Notes under the pieces: model-generated
Told to the model about the DNA's origin: nothing
The model's input: the letters and a program-made list of their open reading frames with translations, nothing else
Databases searched by the model: none
Part shown: one piece after another, positions 1 through 10,699 of the stretch
Numbering within the stretch: the first letter of the stretch is position 1
Layout of the letters: every line of letters begins with the position of its first letter
Source of the DNA: an uncultured Actinomycetota bacterium
GTDB taxonomy: Bacteria; Actinomycetota; UBA4738; HRBIN12
Length of the DNA stretch: 64,000 bases
Direction of reading: 5' to 3'
Assembly (NCBI GenBank): GCA_963778505.1
Contig: CAVZUH010000004.1
Coordinates: 1,165,607 to 1,229,606, forward strand
Program-made: the position numbers and the translations under genes

Positions 1-1305
1 TGACCCGGCGCCGGCTGGACCGGGCCGGCGAACGCCTCGAGGAGCGGCCGGTAGAAGAGCCGCTCGTGGATCCCCCGGACCAGCTCCGTCGTCCGGTCGT
101 ACTCGGCCTGCAGGGCGTCGGCGCCGGAGAGCCCGAGCGACCGCGCCACCGTGGTGCGCGCGTGCCGGTCGGCCGGGAGGTCGTGGGTCTGGAGGTCGCG
201 CACCATCTGCAGCCGGTGCTCCAGTCGCCGCAGGAACCGGTAGGCGTCGGCGAGGGCCTCGGCGTCCTCGTGCGCCACGTAGCCCTCGTCCGCGAGCGCG
301 GCGAGGGCCAGGAGCGTGTTGGGTTCGCGCAGCCGTTCGTCCCGCCGGCCGTGGACGATCTGCAGGAGCTGCACCGCGAACTCGACGTCGCGGATGCCGC
401 CGCGGCCCCGCTTCACCTCGGTGAGCTCCTTGCCGCGGCGCCGGATGTACTCCTCGAGTCGAACCTTCGAACGCCGGACGTCGTCGATCGCGGCCTCGTG
501 CAGGTCGCGCGGGATAGACGAACTCGGCGACGCCTTCGACGAACGCGTCGCCGAGCGCCCGGTCCCCCACCGCGGCTCGCGCCTTGATCATCGCCTGGCG
601 TTCCCAGGTGGCCGCTTCGCGTTCGTAGTAGGCGAGCGTGGCGGGCAGCGTGCGCACGAGCGAGCCGCCGCGGCCCCCCGGCCGGAGGGTGAGGTCGACC
701 CGGAGGGCGACCCCCTCGGAGGTCGGGTCGGACAGATCGGCGATCAGATTGGAGGCCTCGGTCTCTGCGCACGTCCCCGCCCACGTCGTCGCGATGGAGC
801 AGCAGGAGGTCGACGTCACTCGCGTAGTTCAGCTCCCGGCCGCCCGAGCTTGCCGAGCGCGACGATCGCATAGCCGTCGGGACACGCGTGCGCCAGACAC
901 GCGTCGGCCACGCCGCTGATCTCCGCGACCACGTCCTCGAACGGCGCGCGCGTCGAGGTCACGCGCGGCGATGCGGAGCATCGCCCGCCTTCGGAACCGG
1001 CGGAGGCCGGCGGTGGTGCCGTGCCTCTCGCAGTCGTCCGCGAGCTCGGCGTCGAGCTCTCCCTCGTTCCTGGCGCGGACGTCCGTGAGCGTGTCGACCT
1101 CCTCGGGGTGGCGGACCAGCAGGTCGCTCGCCGCGGTCGAGAACCCGAGCAGCCGTGAGGCGACCGGCAGGACCTCCGGCCGGCCCAAGACCTCTCGCGC
1201 GTGGGCGTCCTCGCCCACGCGCGAGAACGCCACGCGCGCCAGCTCCGGATCCGGAGCGTCCGCGAACGTCCGTGCCGAGGATCTCGGGCGTGAGCACCTC
1301 GGCAT
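1..1305 (-). CDS. glnE: glutamine synthetase adenylyltransferase GlnE, N-terminal part (3' end runs off the window); frame broken at 3 or more points (about 945, 845, 770)
   Basis: Minus-strand translation shows RRAMLRIAARDL, GKL/GGRELNYASDVDLLLLH (nucleotidyltransferase motif), KRGRGGIRDVEFAVQLLQ and LFYRPLLEAF at the window edge. It lies next to glnA, as in actinobacterial glnA2-glnE loci. Confidence 0.85.
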
Positions 1306-1456
1306 GGTAGCTACCGACACCAGAGACGCTTGATAGCCTGACCAGGCGAGAGCGCTCGCCCACACGGCAGGCGTTGCGATCGAAACGTGAACCGTGACGC
1401 GCCTGGCGGGGGCGCGGATGTACGACAAGGCCGTCCCGGGGCGTCGAGCCCTGCGG

Positions 1457-2374
1457 TCATCCGCCCATTGCGCCTCGGAGGACATCGCCGAATCGATCGG
1501 GTTGCTCGATCTGTGGTCCGTGACCGCAAGAGATCGGGAATAGAGGCCAACCGAACCGGGAGCTTGCTTTCTCCGCGATTCGCAACCGCATGAGTCGGTC
1601 CCCCGTCCCCCAGACCAGCGAAACAGGGACATCGATCGTGCCCAGCTGAGCCTGAGGGATCCGACGGCTCCCGACCCTACGGACCAGCTGACCATTGGCC
1701 GCGCTTACGTTCTTGTCGGCTGCCTGCTGCAGGTCATAGGCCTCAAGGGCGCTCCACCGATCGCCCCAGGCGAGCCGCGCTCGTGCCGGATCAGCGAGTA
1801 CCTGGCGAAGGAACCGTTCGCGGTTCTTGGCGCTTGGCCGAGCACCGAACTGGACCAACGCGACGATCACTGCGATCGCAGGGCGGAAGGCGCCGAGCGA
1901 GCTCGCATCTACCAAGACCAATCGGCGCAGCCTTTCGCCATGCTGGACAGCGAAACGGGCCGCAACACCGCCACCCATCGAGTGACCGACGACGGTCGGC
2001 GCCTCGACGCAGGTCAGATCGATCAGTTCAAGGAGCCAGTTCACGAGGGTGGGAGAGTCAAGGCGGTGTCCGCGAGCATCCGAGTCCCCGAGCCCCGGAA
2101 GGTCGGGCGCGACGACCCGATTCGTGGCGACGAGACGCTTGATCACGAGGCTCCATTCGAGCGCGAAGCTGCCGATCCCGTGCAGCAGCACGACCGGAAG
2201 TCCGTCGCCGCCTTCAAGCACTGGCGTCGAGATCCCGGCGACCTCAAGGCGTCGCTCCGTAACCGGCAGTTGGTCCAGGAGCTGAGTACGTGCAATCGAT
2301 GCCCGGCTCGCGTTTGCGGCATCGCCCTCTACGTCCACGTCTTCCTTTCGCGAGGTGGCGAGCGTACTGGGCAC
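1457..2374 (-). CDS. alpha/beta-fold hydrolase
   Basis: Intact 305-aa ORF with VVLLHGIGSF (HG oxyanion motif), DLPGLGDSD and the nucleophile elbow GHSMGG. Confidence 0.8.
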   Translation of the reverse strand: MPSTLATSRKEDVDVEGDAANASRASIARTQLLDQLPVTERRLEVAGISTPVLEGGDGLPVVLLHGIGSFALEWSLVIKRLVATNRVVAPDLPGLGDSDARGHRLDSPTLVNWLLELIDLTCVEAPTVVGHSMGGGVAARFAVQHGERLRRLVLVDASSLGAFRPAIAVIVALVQFGARPSAKNRERFLRQVLADPARARLAWGDRWSALEAYDLQQAADKNVSAANGQLVRRVGSRRIPQAQLGTIDVPVSLVWGTGDRLMRLRIAEKASSRFGWPLFPISCGHGPQIEQPDRFGDVLRGAMGG

Positions 2375-2401
2375 CGCAGGGACGGCTCAACCCACGCACC
2401 C

Positions 2402-2794
2402 TCAGCCTTCTTCGTCCACCACCGCGTCGGCCTCGATCTCGACCAGCCAGCGAGGATCGACGAAGCCCGTGACCACGATCATCGCGTTGGCCGGGCGCAC
2501 GTCGGCGAACACCTCACCGTGCGCCCGCCCGACCTCCTGCCAGTCCTCGGCCGCTACCAGGAAGCATCGCGTCCGCACCACGTCGCGGACGGACGCGCCG
2601 GCCTCCTCCAGCGCCGTCGCGATGATGTCGAAGCACCGGCGCGCCTGTTCGTAAGCGCCTGCCGGCGGCTCGCCTCCGTCCGGCATGATCGGCGCGGTGC
2701 CGGCGACCGTGACGTGATGGCCCACCCGCACTGCGCGGGAGAAGCCAACGACAGGCTCGTACGGCGAACCGGACGCCACCCTCCGACGCTCCAC
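2402..2794 (-). CDS. RidA/YjgF-family protein
   Basis: Intact 130-aa ORF of the size and pattern of Rid-family proteins (VTVAGTAP..., ARRCFDIIATALEEAGASVRDVV, C-terminal VEIEADAVV). Confidence 0.7.
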   Translation of the reverse strand: MERRRVASGSPYEPVVGFSRAVRVGHHVTVAGTAPIMPDGGEPPAGAYEQARRCFDIIATALEEAGASVRDVVRTRCFLVAAEDWQEVGRAHGEVFADVRPANAMIVVTGFVDPRWLVEIEADAVVDEEG

Positions 2795-2853
2795 GACCGA
2801 AGATTAACTCCCGCGTAACAGCTCGGCGCGGCCCGCCCCGTACCCTCGATGAC

Positions 2854-4183
2854 ATGGCACTCTCCGCCGAAGCCGAATACGTCCTGCGCACGATCGAGGA
2901 GCGTGGGATCCGCTTCGTGCGCCTCTGGTTCACCGACGTCCTCGGGTTCCTGAAGGCGTTCACGATCACCTCGCAGGAGCTCGAGGGCGCCCTCACCGAG
3001 GGGATGGGCTTCGACGGCTCCTCGATCGACGGGTTCGCCCGCATCCAGGAATCCGACATGGTGGCGCTTCCCGACCCGTCCACCTTCCAGCTGATCCCGT
3101 GGAAGACGGAGCACGCGGTGGCGCGGATGTTCTGCGACATCCTCGAGCCCGACGGCACGCCGTTCGCCGGCGACCCGCGCGGCGTCCTCAAGCGTCAGCT
3201 CGCCCGCGCGGCCGACAAGGGCTTCACCTTCTACGTCGGCCCGGAGCTCGAGTACTTCTACTTCAAGTCCCTCGAGGACCCGACGTTCCTCGACCAGGGC
3301 GGCTACTTCGACGAGACGCCGCTCGACGTGGCCACCGACTACCGCAAGCGGACCGTGCAGTACCTCGAGTCGATGGGGATCCCCGTCGAGTACGTCCACC
3401 ACGAGGTCGCGCCGTCGCAGCACGAGATCGACCTCCGCTACACCGACGCGCTCACGATGGCCGACCAGGTGATGACGTACCGCCTCACCGTGAAGGACGG
3501 TCGCGCACGAGTTCGGCATCTACGCGACCTTCATGCCGAAGCCGGTCGCCGGCGTGAACGGCTCGGGGATGCACACGCACCAGTCACTGTTCGAGGGCGA
3601 CCGCAACGCGTTCTTCGACGCCACGGACGAGTACCACCTCTCGAAGACGGCGAAGTCCTACATCGCCGGGCTCCTCCGGCACGCGCCCGAGATCACGCTC
3701 CTCACGAACCAGTGGGTGAACTCCTACAAGCGGCTCGTGCCGGGGTTCGAGGCGCCCGTCTACGTGTGCTGGGCGCGTCGCAACCGGAGCGCGCTCGTCC
3801 GGGTCCCGATGTACAAGCCGGGCAAGGAGGGTGCGACCCGGATCGAGTACCGCTCGCCGGACCCTGCCTGCAACCCGTACCTCGCGTTCTCGGCGATGCT
3901 CGCGGCCGGCCTCGCCGGCCTCGAGGGCGAGTACGAGCTGGCGCCGGAGGCCTCGAACAACATCTACGAGATGACCGAGCACGAGCGCGAGGTCGCCGGT
4001 ATCCGCTCGCTCCCCGAGGATCTGATCGAGGCGATCCACCTCGCGGAGGGCTCCGACGTGCTCCGCGAAGCGCTCGGGGACCACGTCCTCGAGTTCCTCC
4101 TGCGCAACAAGCGGGAGGAATGGGACGCCTACAAGTCCCACGTCACGCCGTACGAGCTCGAGCGCTACCTCCCGATCCTCTAG
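2854..4183 (+). CDS. glnA: glutamine synthetase type I (GlnA2-like, about 443 aa); one +1 frame break at about 3499-3533
   Basis: Motifs WFTDVLG, GPELEYFYF, HHEVAPSQHEIDLRY, then in the next frame FMPKPVAGVNGSGMHTHQSLF and TRIEYRSPD. The span is 1330 nt, which is 1 mod 3. Confidence 0.9.
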
Positions 4184-4314
4184 CCCGTTTCTGGTCCTTT
4201 CGACCTAGCACCCTCCTGTTGACGCTATAGGTCGAACGGGGGATGATGCCTCTTCTGGTCTGGGGTGCGCCGGACCTCCCGGAACACACGGCGACCACCA
4301 GGAGGTGGACTCGA

Positions 4315-5371
4315 GTGAGAGCAAGGAAACGTCGCATCATTCCCGTTCTCGTTTCGTTGCACGTCGTACTCGGATTGCATCGGGCTGATCGCACCTGGCG
4401 CCCTCGGCTCCAGGACGGAGAACGGGTTCACGATCTCTCTCGTCAACCAGCCGACGGATGCGCTGGTCGAACGAGCACGATCACGTCGGTCCCGCTGAAT
4501 CCGAACCAGGGCGTGTCCGTCCAGGTCCGGGTGACCGCACGGCGAAGGTACGAGCTCGCCCGCCCGGGGGTCTAGGTGACCTTCGAGCTCGCGGCCGGCC
4601 CCGGCCTCGCGAGCGGCAGCCTCTTCGTCGATACCGCAGACAACCGATGCGAATCGGCGATCGCCACGTTCGGCCCGGGACGCTCTCGATCGGCGACGCG
4701 AACGAGTCGACAGTTCACGGACTACAAGCTGATTCCGATGGCGATCGGAGCCGCCGGTCGAGCGAGGCCTCGACGCTCACGGATCGCGGGCAGCAGCGAG
4801 CGCGCCGTCGAGCGGGCTTCGACATCTTCGAGGACGGGGTGCAGGGGCACCGGCTGCTCGGTCGAGCCTCGGGGCGGCAACGACGTCTACACCACGACGC
4901 AGAACGTGCGGCTGACGCGCCAGCGTGCTGTCCGCGTCGGCAGCTTCCGGGGCATCTCGTGCCGCGAACCAGCTGCTGGTCTTCTCCGAGCAACGTCTTC
5001 GTCCACGAGACGACCGGGTCCGGCGCCGTCGGTCCTGGTGAACCACATCACCGTCGGGGACCTGACGGCGGTGAAGGCGGGACGAGTTCGCGATCGCGAA
5101 CGACGACCCCGACGACGACGACGGTCCCGCATCGGGTGGTGCGTCGGCACGAAGACCCGGAGCACCGTGGGTCAACAACGGCGGCTCGTTCACGCGGCAG
5201 GACACGGATGGCGACGGGCGGCTCGATCTTTACGTCGGGCTCGCCCCGCGGTGCCCGAGGAACAACCCGAAGAGCTTCGCTCCCTGCATCGTCAGCCGGG
5301 TCAGCGACGGAGAGGGCGGGTTCTTCCTTCGAGGGTGGCTGCCCGGAGGCGACCCGCCTCGCCGCACCTGA
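4315..5371 (+). CDS. secreted protein, paralogue 1 (signal peptide, Ig-like domain, Cys-containing C-terminal domain); multiple frame breaks
   Basis: GGAGG sits 9 nt upstream of the GTG start. The N-terminus is basic then hydrophobic (RARKRRIIPVLVSL...). Pieces VTFELAAGPGLASGSL, ATFGPGTLSIGDANES, FDIFEDGV and NGGSFTRQDTDG...KSFAPCIVSRVSDGEGG..GWLPGGDPPRRT match paralogue 2 when read across frames. Confidence 0.55.
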
Positions 5372-5424
5372 TCTCAGCCTGACGACCTGCGGAAACGTAC
5401 GCCCGGCCCCTTCGGGGCCGGGCG
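5351..5424 (+). repeat. 74-bp perfect direct repeat, copy A (last 21 nt of the paralogue 1 CDS plus 3' UTR with GC hairpin 5401-5424)
   Basis: Identical base for base to 6431-6504. Contains GCCCGGCCCC-TTCG-GGGGCCGGGC. Confidence 0.9.
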
Positions 5425-5471
5425 CAGAACGCACCACGACAGATACGACAACCACCAGGAGGCGGGAACCG

Positions 5472-6451
5472 ATGAAGTTCAGGAACGTTCGTGTAGCAAC
5501 TGCACTCGCCGCTGTCGGGCTCTTCATCGGGCTCGCGGGACTGATCGCTCCGACGGCGCTCGGAGCGCGGAGGGAACTCATTCAGGTTCATCACGCAGCC
5601 GGCTGACGCCGAGCGCAACGCGACGATCTCGTCCGCCGACTTCGTGTCGGGAACCAACTTCGTACAAGTCGAGCTCATCGACGGGTCCGGGGTGCGTGTC
5701 ACGAATTCGAAGCTCATCGTGACGTTCACACTGGCAACGGGGCCCGGCCTCGCGACGGGAAACCTCTCGGTCACGCCGCAGCCGCTGGTCAACGGCGTCG
5801 CGACGTTCGGCACGGGCACGCTCTCGATCGGCAGCCTGAACGAGCCTCAGTTCACCAGTTTCGCCTTGGTGCCGAAGAACACGAAGGGCTCGCCGACCAC
5901 CGGCCCGGCCTCGGAAGGCTTCGACGTCTGGCAGGACGGCGATACCGTGCACGGATGGCTGCGAGACGACCGTCCGGAACGGGAACGAGACGTACTCGAT
6001 GGGCGGGGCAGGGATCCTCGGTGCCAGTCAGCTGCCGGCCTCGGTTCTCGCCAACATGGAGTGCGATGGGCAGAAGCTGATCTTCGCGAACAGCGTGTTC
6101 GTGCATGCGACGGAGGACTTCGACTCGCCGTCGCCGGATCCGGTCTTCCTTCGCAATCACATCACGAAGGCGGACTGGAAGGCCTCCGCGAACAACGGAC
6201 AGGCTCATGCCGACTGGTGCGTCGGGTTGAAGACAGCGGCTCCCTGGGAGCACAACGGGGGCACCTTCACGCTTCAGGACACGAACGGCGCAGCTCCTGG
6301 TGGCGAGCTGTTCGTGGGCCAAGCTCCGTCGTGCCCCCACGCATCGCCCCAGAGCTTCGCTCCGTGCATCGTGAGCCAGACGGGTGATGGAGCGGGCGGC
6401 AGCATCGCCGTGGGGTGGCTCCCCGGCGGAGACCCGCCTCGCCGCACCTGA
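5472..6451 (+). CDS. secreted protein, paralogue 2 (signal peptide, Ig-like domain, Cys-containing C-terminal domain); two +1 breaks (about 5570 and about 5945)
   Basis: AGGAGG lies 9 nt upstream of the ATG. Signal peptide is MKFRNVRVATALAAVGLFIGLAGLIAPTALGA. The bacterial Ig-like pattern is FRFITQPADAERNATISS..VQVELIDGSGVRV..VTFTLATGPGLATGNLSVTPQPLVNGVATFGTGTLSIG. The C-terminal part contains CTDGCETTV...ECDGQ...WCVGL...SCPH...FAPCIV. Confidence 0.65.
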
Positions 6452-6504
6452 TCTCAGCCTGACGACCTGCGGAAACGTACGCCCGGCCCCTTCGGGGCCG
6501 GGCG
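6431..6504 (+). repeat. 74-bp perfect direct repeat, copy B (3' end of paralogue 2 plus terminator-like hairpin 6481-6504)
   Basis: Identical to 5351-5424. Flanking coding sequence is only about 60-70% identical by eye. Confidence 0.9.
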
Positions 6505-6516
6505 TACACTCGTTCG

Positions 6517-9500
6517 GTGCAGACCTGCCCCAGCTGCGGTGAGGAGAACCCGGATCGGTTCCGCATCTGCGGCATGTGCGGCGCCCAGCTCGCCGCCGCC
6601 GAGGTCGTCCCCGAGGAGGTCCGCAAGACGGTCACCGTCGTCTTCTCCGACCTGAAGGGCTCCACGCCGCTGGCGGAGCGGCTGGACACCGAGACCCTCC
6701 GCGAGGTCCTGAACCAGTACTTCAACACGATGCGCGCGGTGCTGGAGCGGCACGGCGGCACCGTGGAGAAGTACATCGGCGACGCGATCATGGCCGTGTT
6801 CGGCCTCCCGCAGCTCCACGAGGACGACGCGATGCGAGCCGTCCGGGCGGCCGCCGAGATGCAGGAGGAACTCGTCGGGCTCAACGCGCGGTTCGAGGAG
6901 ATCTACGGCGTTCGGCTCGAGAACCGGACGGGCGTGAACACCGGCGAGGTGGTCGCCGGCGACGTGAGCGTCGGCCACCGGCTGGTCACCGGCGACACCG
7001 TGAACGTCGCGGCCCGCCTGGAGCAGAGCGGCGCCGACGATGGAGATCCTGCTCGGCGAGACCACGTACCGACTGGTGAAGGACGCGGTCGACGCCGAGG
7101 CCGTCGAGCCGCTCGCAGCTGAAGGGCAAGTCCGAGCTGATGCAGGCGTATCGACTGCATCTCGGTCGGCCGCCACGAGGAAGGCGTCGCTCGGCGCCTC
7201 GACGCCCCGATGGTCGGTCGCGACGACGAGCTCGCGGTGCTCACCGACGCCCTCGCCCGGGCACAAGGACACCAACAGCTGTCAGGTGGTGACCGTCGTC
7301 GCGCCCGGCCGGGACGGGCAAGTCACGGCTGCTCAACGAGTTCGTCGCCCGGTCGGACCGTGCGAGCGCTCCATGGGCGATGCCTCTCGTACGGCGAGGG
7401 CCTGACGTTCTGGCCGCTTGCCGAGATCGCGCGCGACGGTGGCCGGGATCGGCAACGACGACCCGTCGGCGGAGGCGCAGGAGAAGCTCGCGTCGCTTCT
7501 CGGCGCCGGCGGGGAGGGACGTCGCGGATCGGATCGCGGGCGCGATCGGTCTGTCGCCCGCGACCTACCCGGTGGAGGAGACGTTCTGGGCTGCTCGTCG
7601 ATTCCTCGAGCTGCTCTCGGACGGACGACCGCTGATCGTGCTGATCGACGACATCCATTGGGCCGAGCGGACGTTCCTCGACCTGATCCGATCGGTCGCC
7701 GACACGCTGACCGGCGTGCCGGTGGTGCTGGCGTGCTCGGCGCGTCCCGACCTCTTCGACGCGCACTCCGATTGGGGCGAGGAGTCGGAGCGGCATCGGG
7801 TCCTCGTTCTGCAGCCCCTGTCGGAGGACGAGAGCGTGGAGGTGGCCGAGAACCTCCTGGGCACCACCGACCTCGATGCGAAGGTACGGACGAAGATCGT
7901 CGAGGCGGCCGAAGGAAACCCCTGTTCGTCGAGCAGATGCTCTCGATGCTCCTCGACGACGGGATCTTGGAACGCGACGACCGCGGGCGATGGATCCTGA
8001 TCCGCGAGGTCGGCGCCATCACGATCCCGCCGACGATCCAGGCGCTCCTGTCCGCGCGCCTCGACCGACTCGGCCCGATCGATCGCGTCGTCGTGGAACG
8101 GGCCGCCGTGATCGGACAGGTCTTCTTCCGTGGAGCCGTCGAGGACCTCTCACCGGACGAGGTGCGCCGTCACGCCGGCGAGAGCCTGCGGAGCCTCACG
8201 CACCGCGAGCTGGTGCAGCCCTACGAGTCGAGCTTCGCCGGGCAGGAGGCGTACCGCTTCATGCACATCCTGATCCGCGAGGCCGCCTACCACGGCCTGC
8301 TGAAGCGGACCCGCGCCGACCTGCACGTCCGGTTCATCGACTGGCTCGAGCGCGTGGCGCCCGATCGCGTCCTCGAGTTCGAGGAGATCCGCGGCTATCA
8401 CCTCGAGCAGGCCTTCTTCACGCTCCAGCAGCTCACGCCGAACGACGAGCAGGTCTGGCAGATCGGCGTGCGAGGGAGCGGCTACCTCTCGGCCGCGGGG
8501 CGCCGGGCGCTCGCCCGAGGCGACATCCCGGCGGCCGCGAACCTGCTGCGGCGCGCCGCCACCCTGCTCCCTCCCGGGCATCCCGAGCGGCCCCGGCTCC
8601 GGCTCGACGCCGCCGAGGCCCTCACGGAGCAGGGCGGGTTCGCCGAGGCCGAGGCGCTGCATCAGGCCGCGATCGAGGAGGCTCGCGAGCTCTCCGACCG
8701 GGTGCTCGAGGTGACGGCGCAGGATCCAGGAGATGGAGCTCCGCTACACGATCGACCCCGAGACGGTCGCCGAGACGGTCGTCGGCGAGGTCGAGGCGCT
8801 CCTCCCCGAGCTCGAGGTCCTCGAGGCGCACGACGGTCTCGCGCGCGCGTGGCGGCTGATCATGTTCGTCCGGGAGATGGGGCTGCAGTGGGGCGAGTCG
8901 GAGGCCGCCGCGCAGCTGACGCTCGACCACGCGAGGCTCGCGGGCAACCGGCTGATGGTCGCGCGGGCGATCCCCTCGCTCGGCTACTGCGCCCTCAGCG
9001 GGCCGACGCCCGTGCCCGAGGCGATCGAACGCTGCCGGGCGCTGCTCGAGGAGGTCCGCGGCGATCGCAAGCCCGAGGCGCTGCTCGAGGCCGCGCTCTC
9101 GCATCTCGAGGCGATGCGAGGCAACGTGGAGGAGTCGCGGCGCGCTGTACCGCAAGAGCAGGGCGATGCTGGAAGAGCTCGGCTGGACCTTCCTCGCCGC
9201 GCAGACGTCGTTCGACTCGGGGCCCGTCGAGATGCTCGCCGGCGACCTCGCGGCCGCCGAGGCGGAGCTGCGGCGCGACTACGACACCCTGGAGCGGATG
9301 GGAGAGACGAACTACATCTCGACGACCGCGGCGCTGCTGGCGGAGGTGCTGTACCGCCAAGGGGACCTCGAGGGGGCCGAGGAGCACACGCGGATCAGCG
9401 AGGAGCTGGCGGCCCAGGACGACGTGTCGTCGCAGTTCCGGTGGCGAGGCGTGCGCGCGAAGATCCTCGCCTCACGAGGCCACGCTGCCGAGGGCGAGAA

Positions 9501-9726
9501 GCTGGCCCGCGAGGCCGTCGAGATGATCCGGGCATCGGACGACCTCAACTCGCAGGGCGATGCGCTGATCGACCTCGCGGAGGTGTTGCGGCTCGCGGGC
9601 CGCCCCGCCGAGGCGGCGGAGGCGGCTCGCGATGCCCTCGCCCTGTTCGAGTCGAAGGGCAACACGGTGTCGGCGGCGCTCGCGAGGGCCACCGTGCAGG
9701 AGCTGGAGTCGGCGGTCGTCAGCTGA
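6517..9726 (+). CDS. zinc-ribbon / class III adenylate-guanylate cyclase / AAA ATPase / TPR-like signalling protein (about 1070 aa); about 10 frame breaks
   Basis: N-terminal CPSCGEENPDRFRICGMCG. Cyclase core: VTVVFSDLKGST, GDAIMAVFG, NTGEVVAG, GDTVNVAARLE. Then MVGRDDEL, a P-loop region VVTVV.APG..KSRLLNEF read across breaks, LIVLIDDIHWAE, GNP/LFVEQ, and long helical repeats to the C-terminus. Confidence 0.85.
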
Positions 9727-10093
9727 CGACGATCGAGCCGCACATCCCGCGGCAGACGCCGGTTGACGAGGTTGCCGTGGATCGTGCAGTAGAAGCGGAA
9801 GGTGCCCCTGCGGTTGAACGTGCGAGTCGACCGAGGTCCCGCGCCGGCAGGCTCCGGAAGTAGCTCCAGTTGGCACCTCGCGACTTGACGTTGTGGCCGC
9901 CGTTGACGGCGAACCAGCGCACGATGGTGCCCGGGCGCGATCCGCCTCACCTTCGGGCTCCAGACGTTCGGGGCCGGAAGATCCCGCGGACACCGACCGT
10001 GACCGCGTCGGCGATGCCCGGACGTCCCGAGGGTCAGGCCGACGGCCAACGCGAGCGTCGCGATGCCCCTTCCGGCGTGCCGCGCATGCGCAT
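9719..10093 (-). CDS. small cupredoxin (plastocyanin/azurin-like copper protein) with signal peptide; three +1 breaks
   Basis: GAAGGAG precedes ATG 10093. Recognisable pieces: IATLALAVGLTLG (signal), VRWFAVNGGHNVKS, GTFRFYCTIHGN, and C-terminal MCGSIVVS, giving the Cys/His/Met ligand pattern. Confidence 0.6.
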
Positions 10094-10174
10094 CTCCTTC
10101 GCGTCGGGGGTAGTACGGCTCGGCCGAGAGCACGGATTGCGCGACGTCATCGGCTACGGGGCTAGCATGCTCCG

Positions 10175-10645
10175 ATGACCGAGAAGCCGCGTACGCCTGC
10201 GCTGCAGGAGGCCGCGAAGCGCCGCCGCAGACCCTCCACGAGGCGCTCGTCGGACTCGAGGTCGCCATCTCCTCGCCCGCCGCCGGCCGGATCCCCGACT
10301 GGACCACGCCTGGTCACCAAGGAGATCACGGGCGTCCGGGACGCGTGGGACCAGCACGTCGACACCACCGAGAAGCCGGGCGGGCTCTACGAGGAGATCG
10401 TGACGATGTCGCCACGCCTCGCCGGCACGCTCGACCGACTGCGCGACGAGCACCCCGAGATCACCGATGCGGTCGGCGAGATGCTCGCCCGGCTCGAGCA
10501 GGTCGAGATCGGCGGGCTCCCCTGGCCGCTCGACGACGCTCGAGACGACCTCCAGCGGCTCATCGGGAAGGTGATCCGCCATCGGCAGAGGGGCGCGGAC
10601 CTCGTGTGGGAGGCCTACAACGTGGACATCGGCGGGCCCGAATAG
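10175..10645 (+). CDS. hypothetical protein (possibly internally frame-shifted in its first third)
   Basis: 156-aa ORF. The C-terminal two thirds look protein-like (LYEEIVTMSPRLAGTLDRLRDEHPEITDAVGEMLARLEQ...). The N-terminal third is Arg/Ser/Pro-rich, whereas an alternative frame reads LHEALVGLEVAISSPAAGRIPDW. Confidence 0.4.
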   Translation: MTEKPRTPALQEAAKRRRRPSTRRSSDSRSPSPRPPPAGSPTGPRLVTKEITGVRDAWDQHVDTTEKPGGLYEEIVTMSPRLAGTLDRLRDEHPEITDAVGEMLARLEQVEIGGLPWPLDDARDDLQRLIGKVIRHRQRGADLVWEAYNVDIGGPE

Positions 10646-10699
10646 GACGCCGGCGCGGCCGAACCCTGAAGCACCAGCTCGCCGCGCTACGCTGATGTC

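Noticed and set aside
5351-6504. The 74-bp repeat pair considered as a diversity-generating retroelement (template/variable repeat).
   Set aside because: The two copies are identical rather than differing at adenines. The repeat is mostly 3' UTR, and no reverse transcriptase gene is present in the window.
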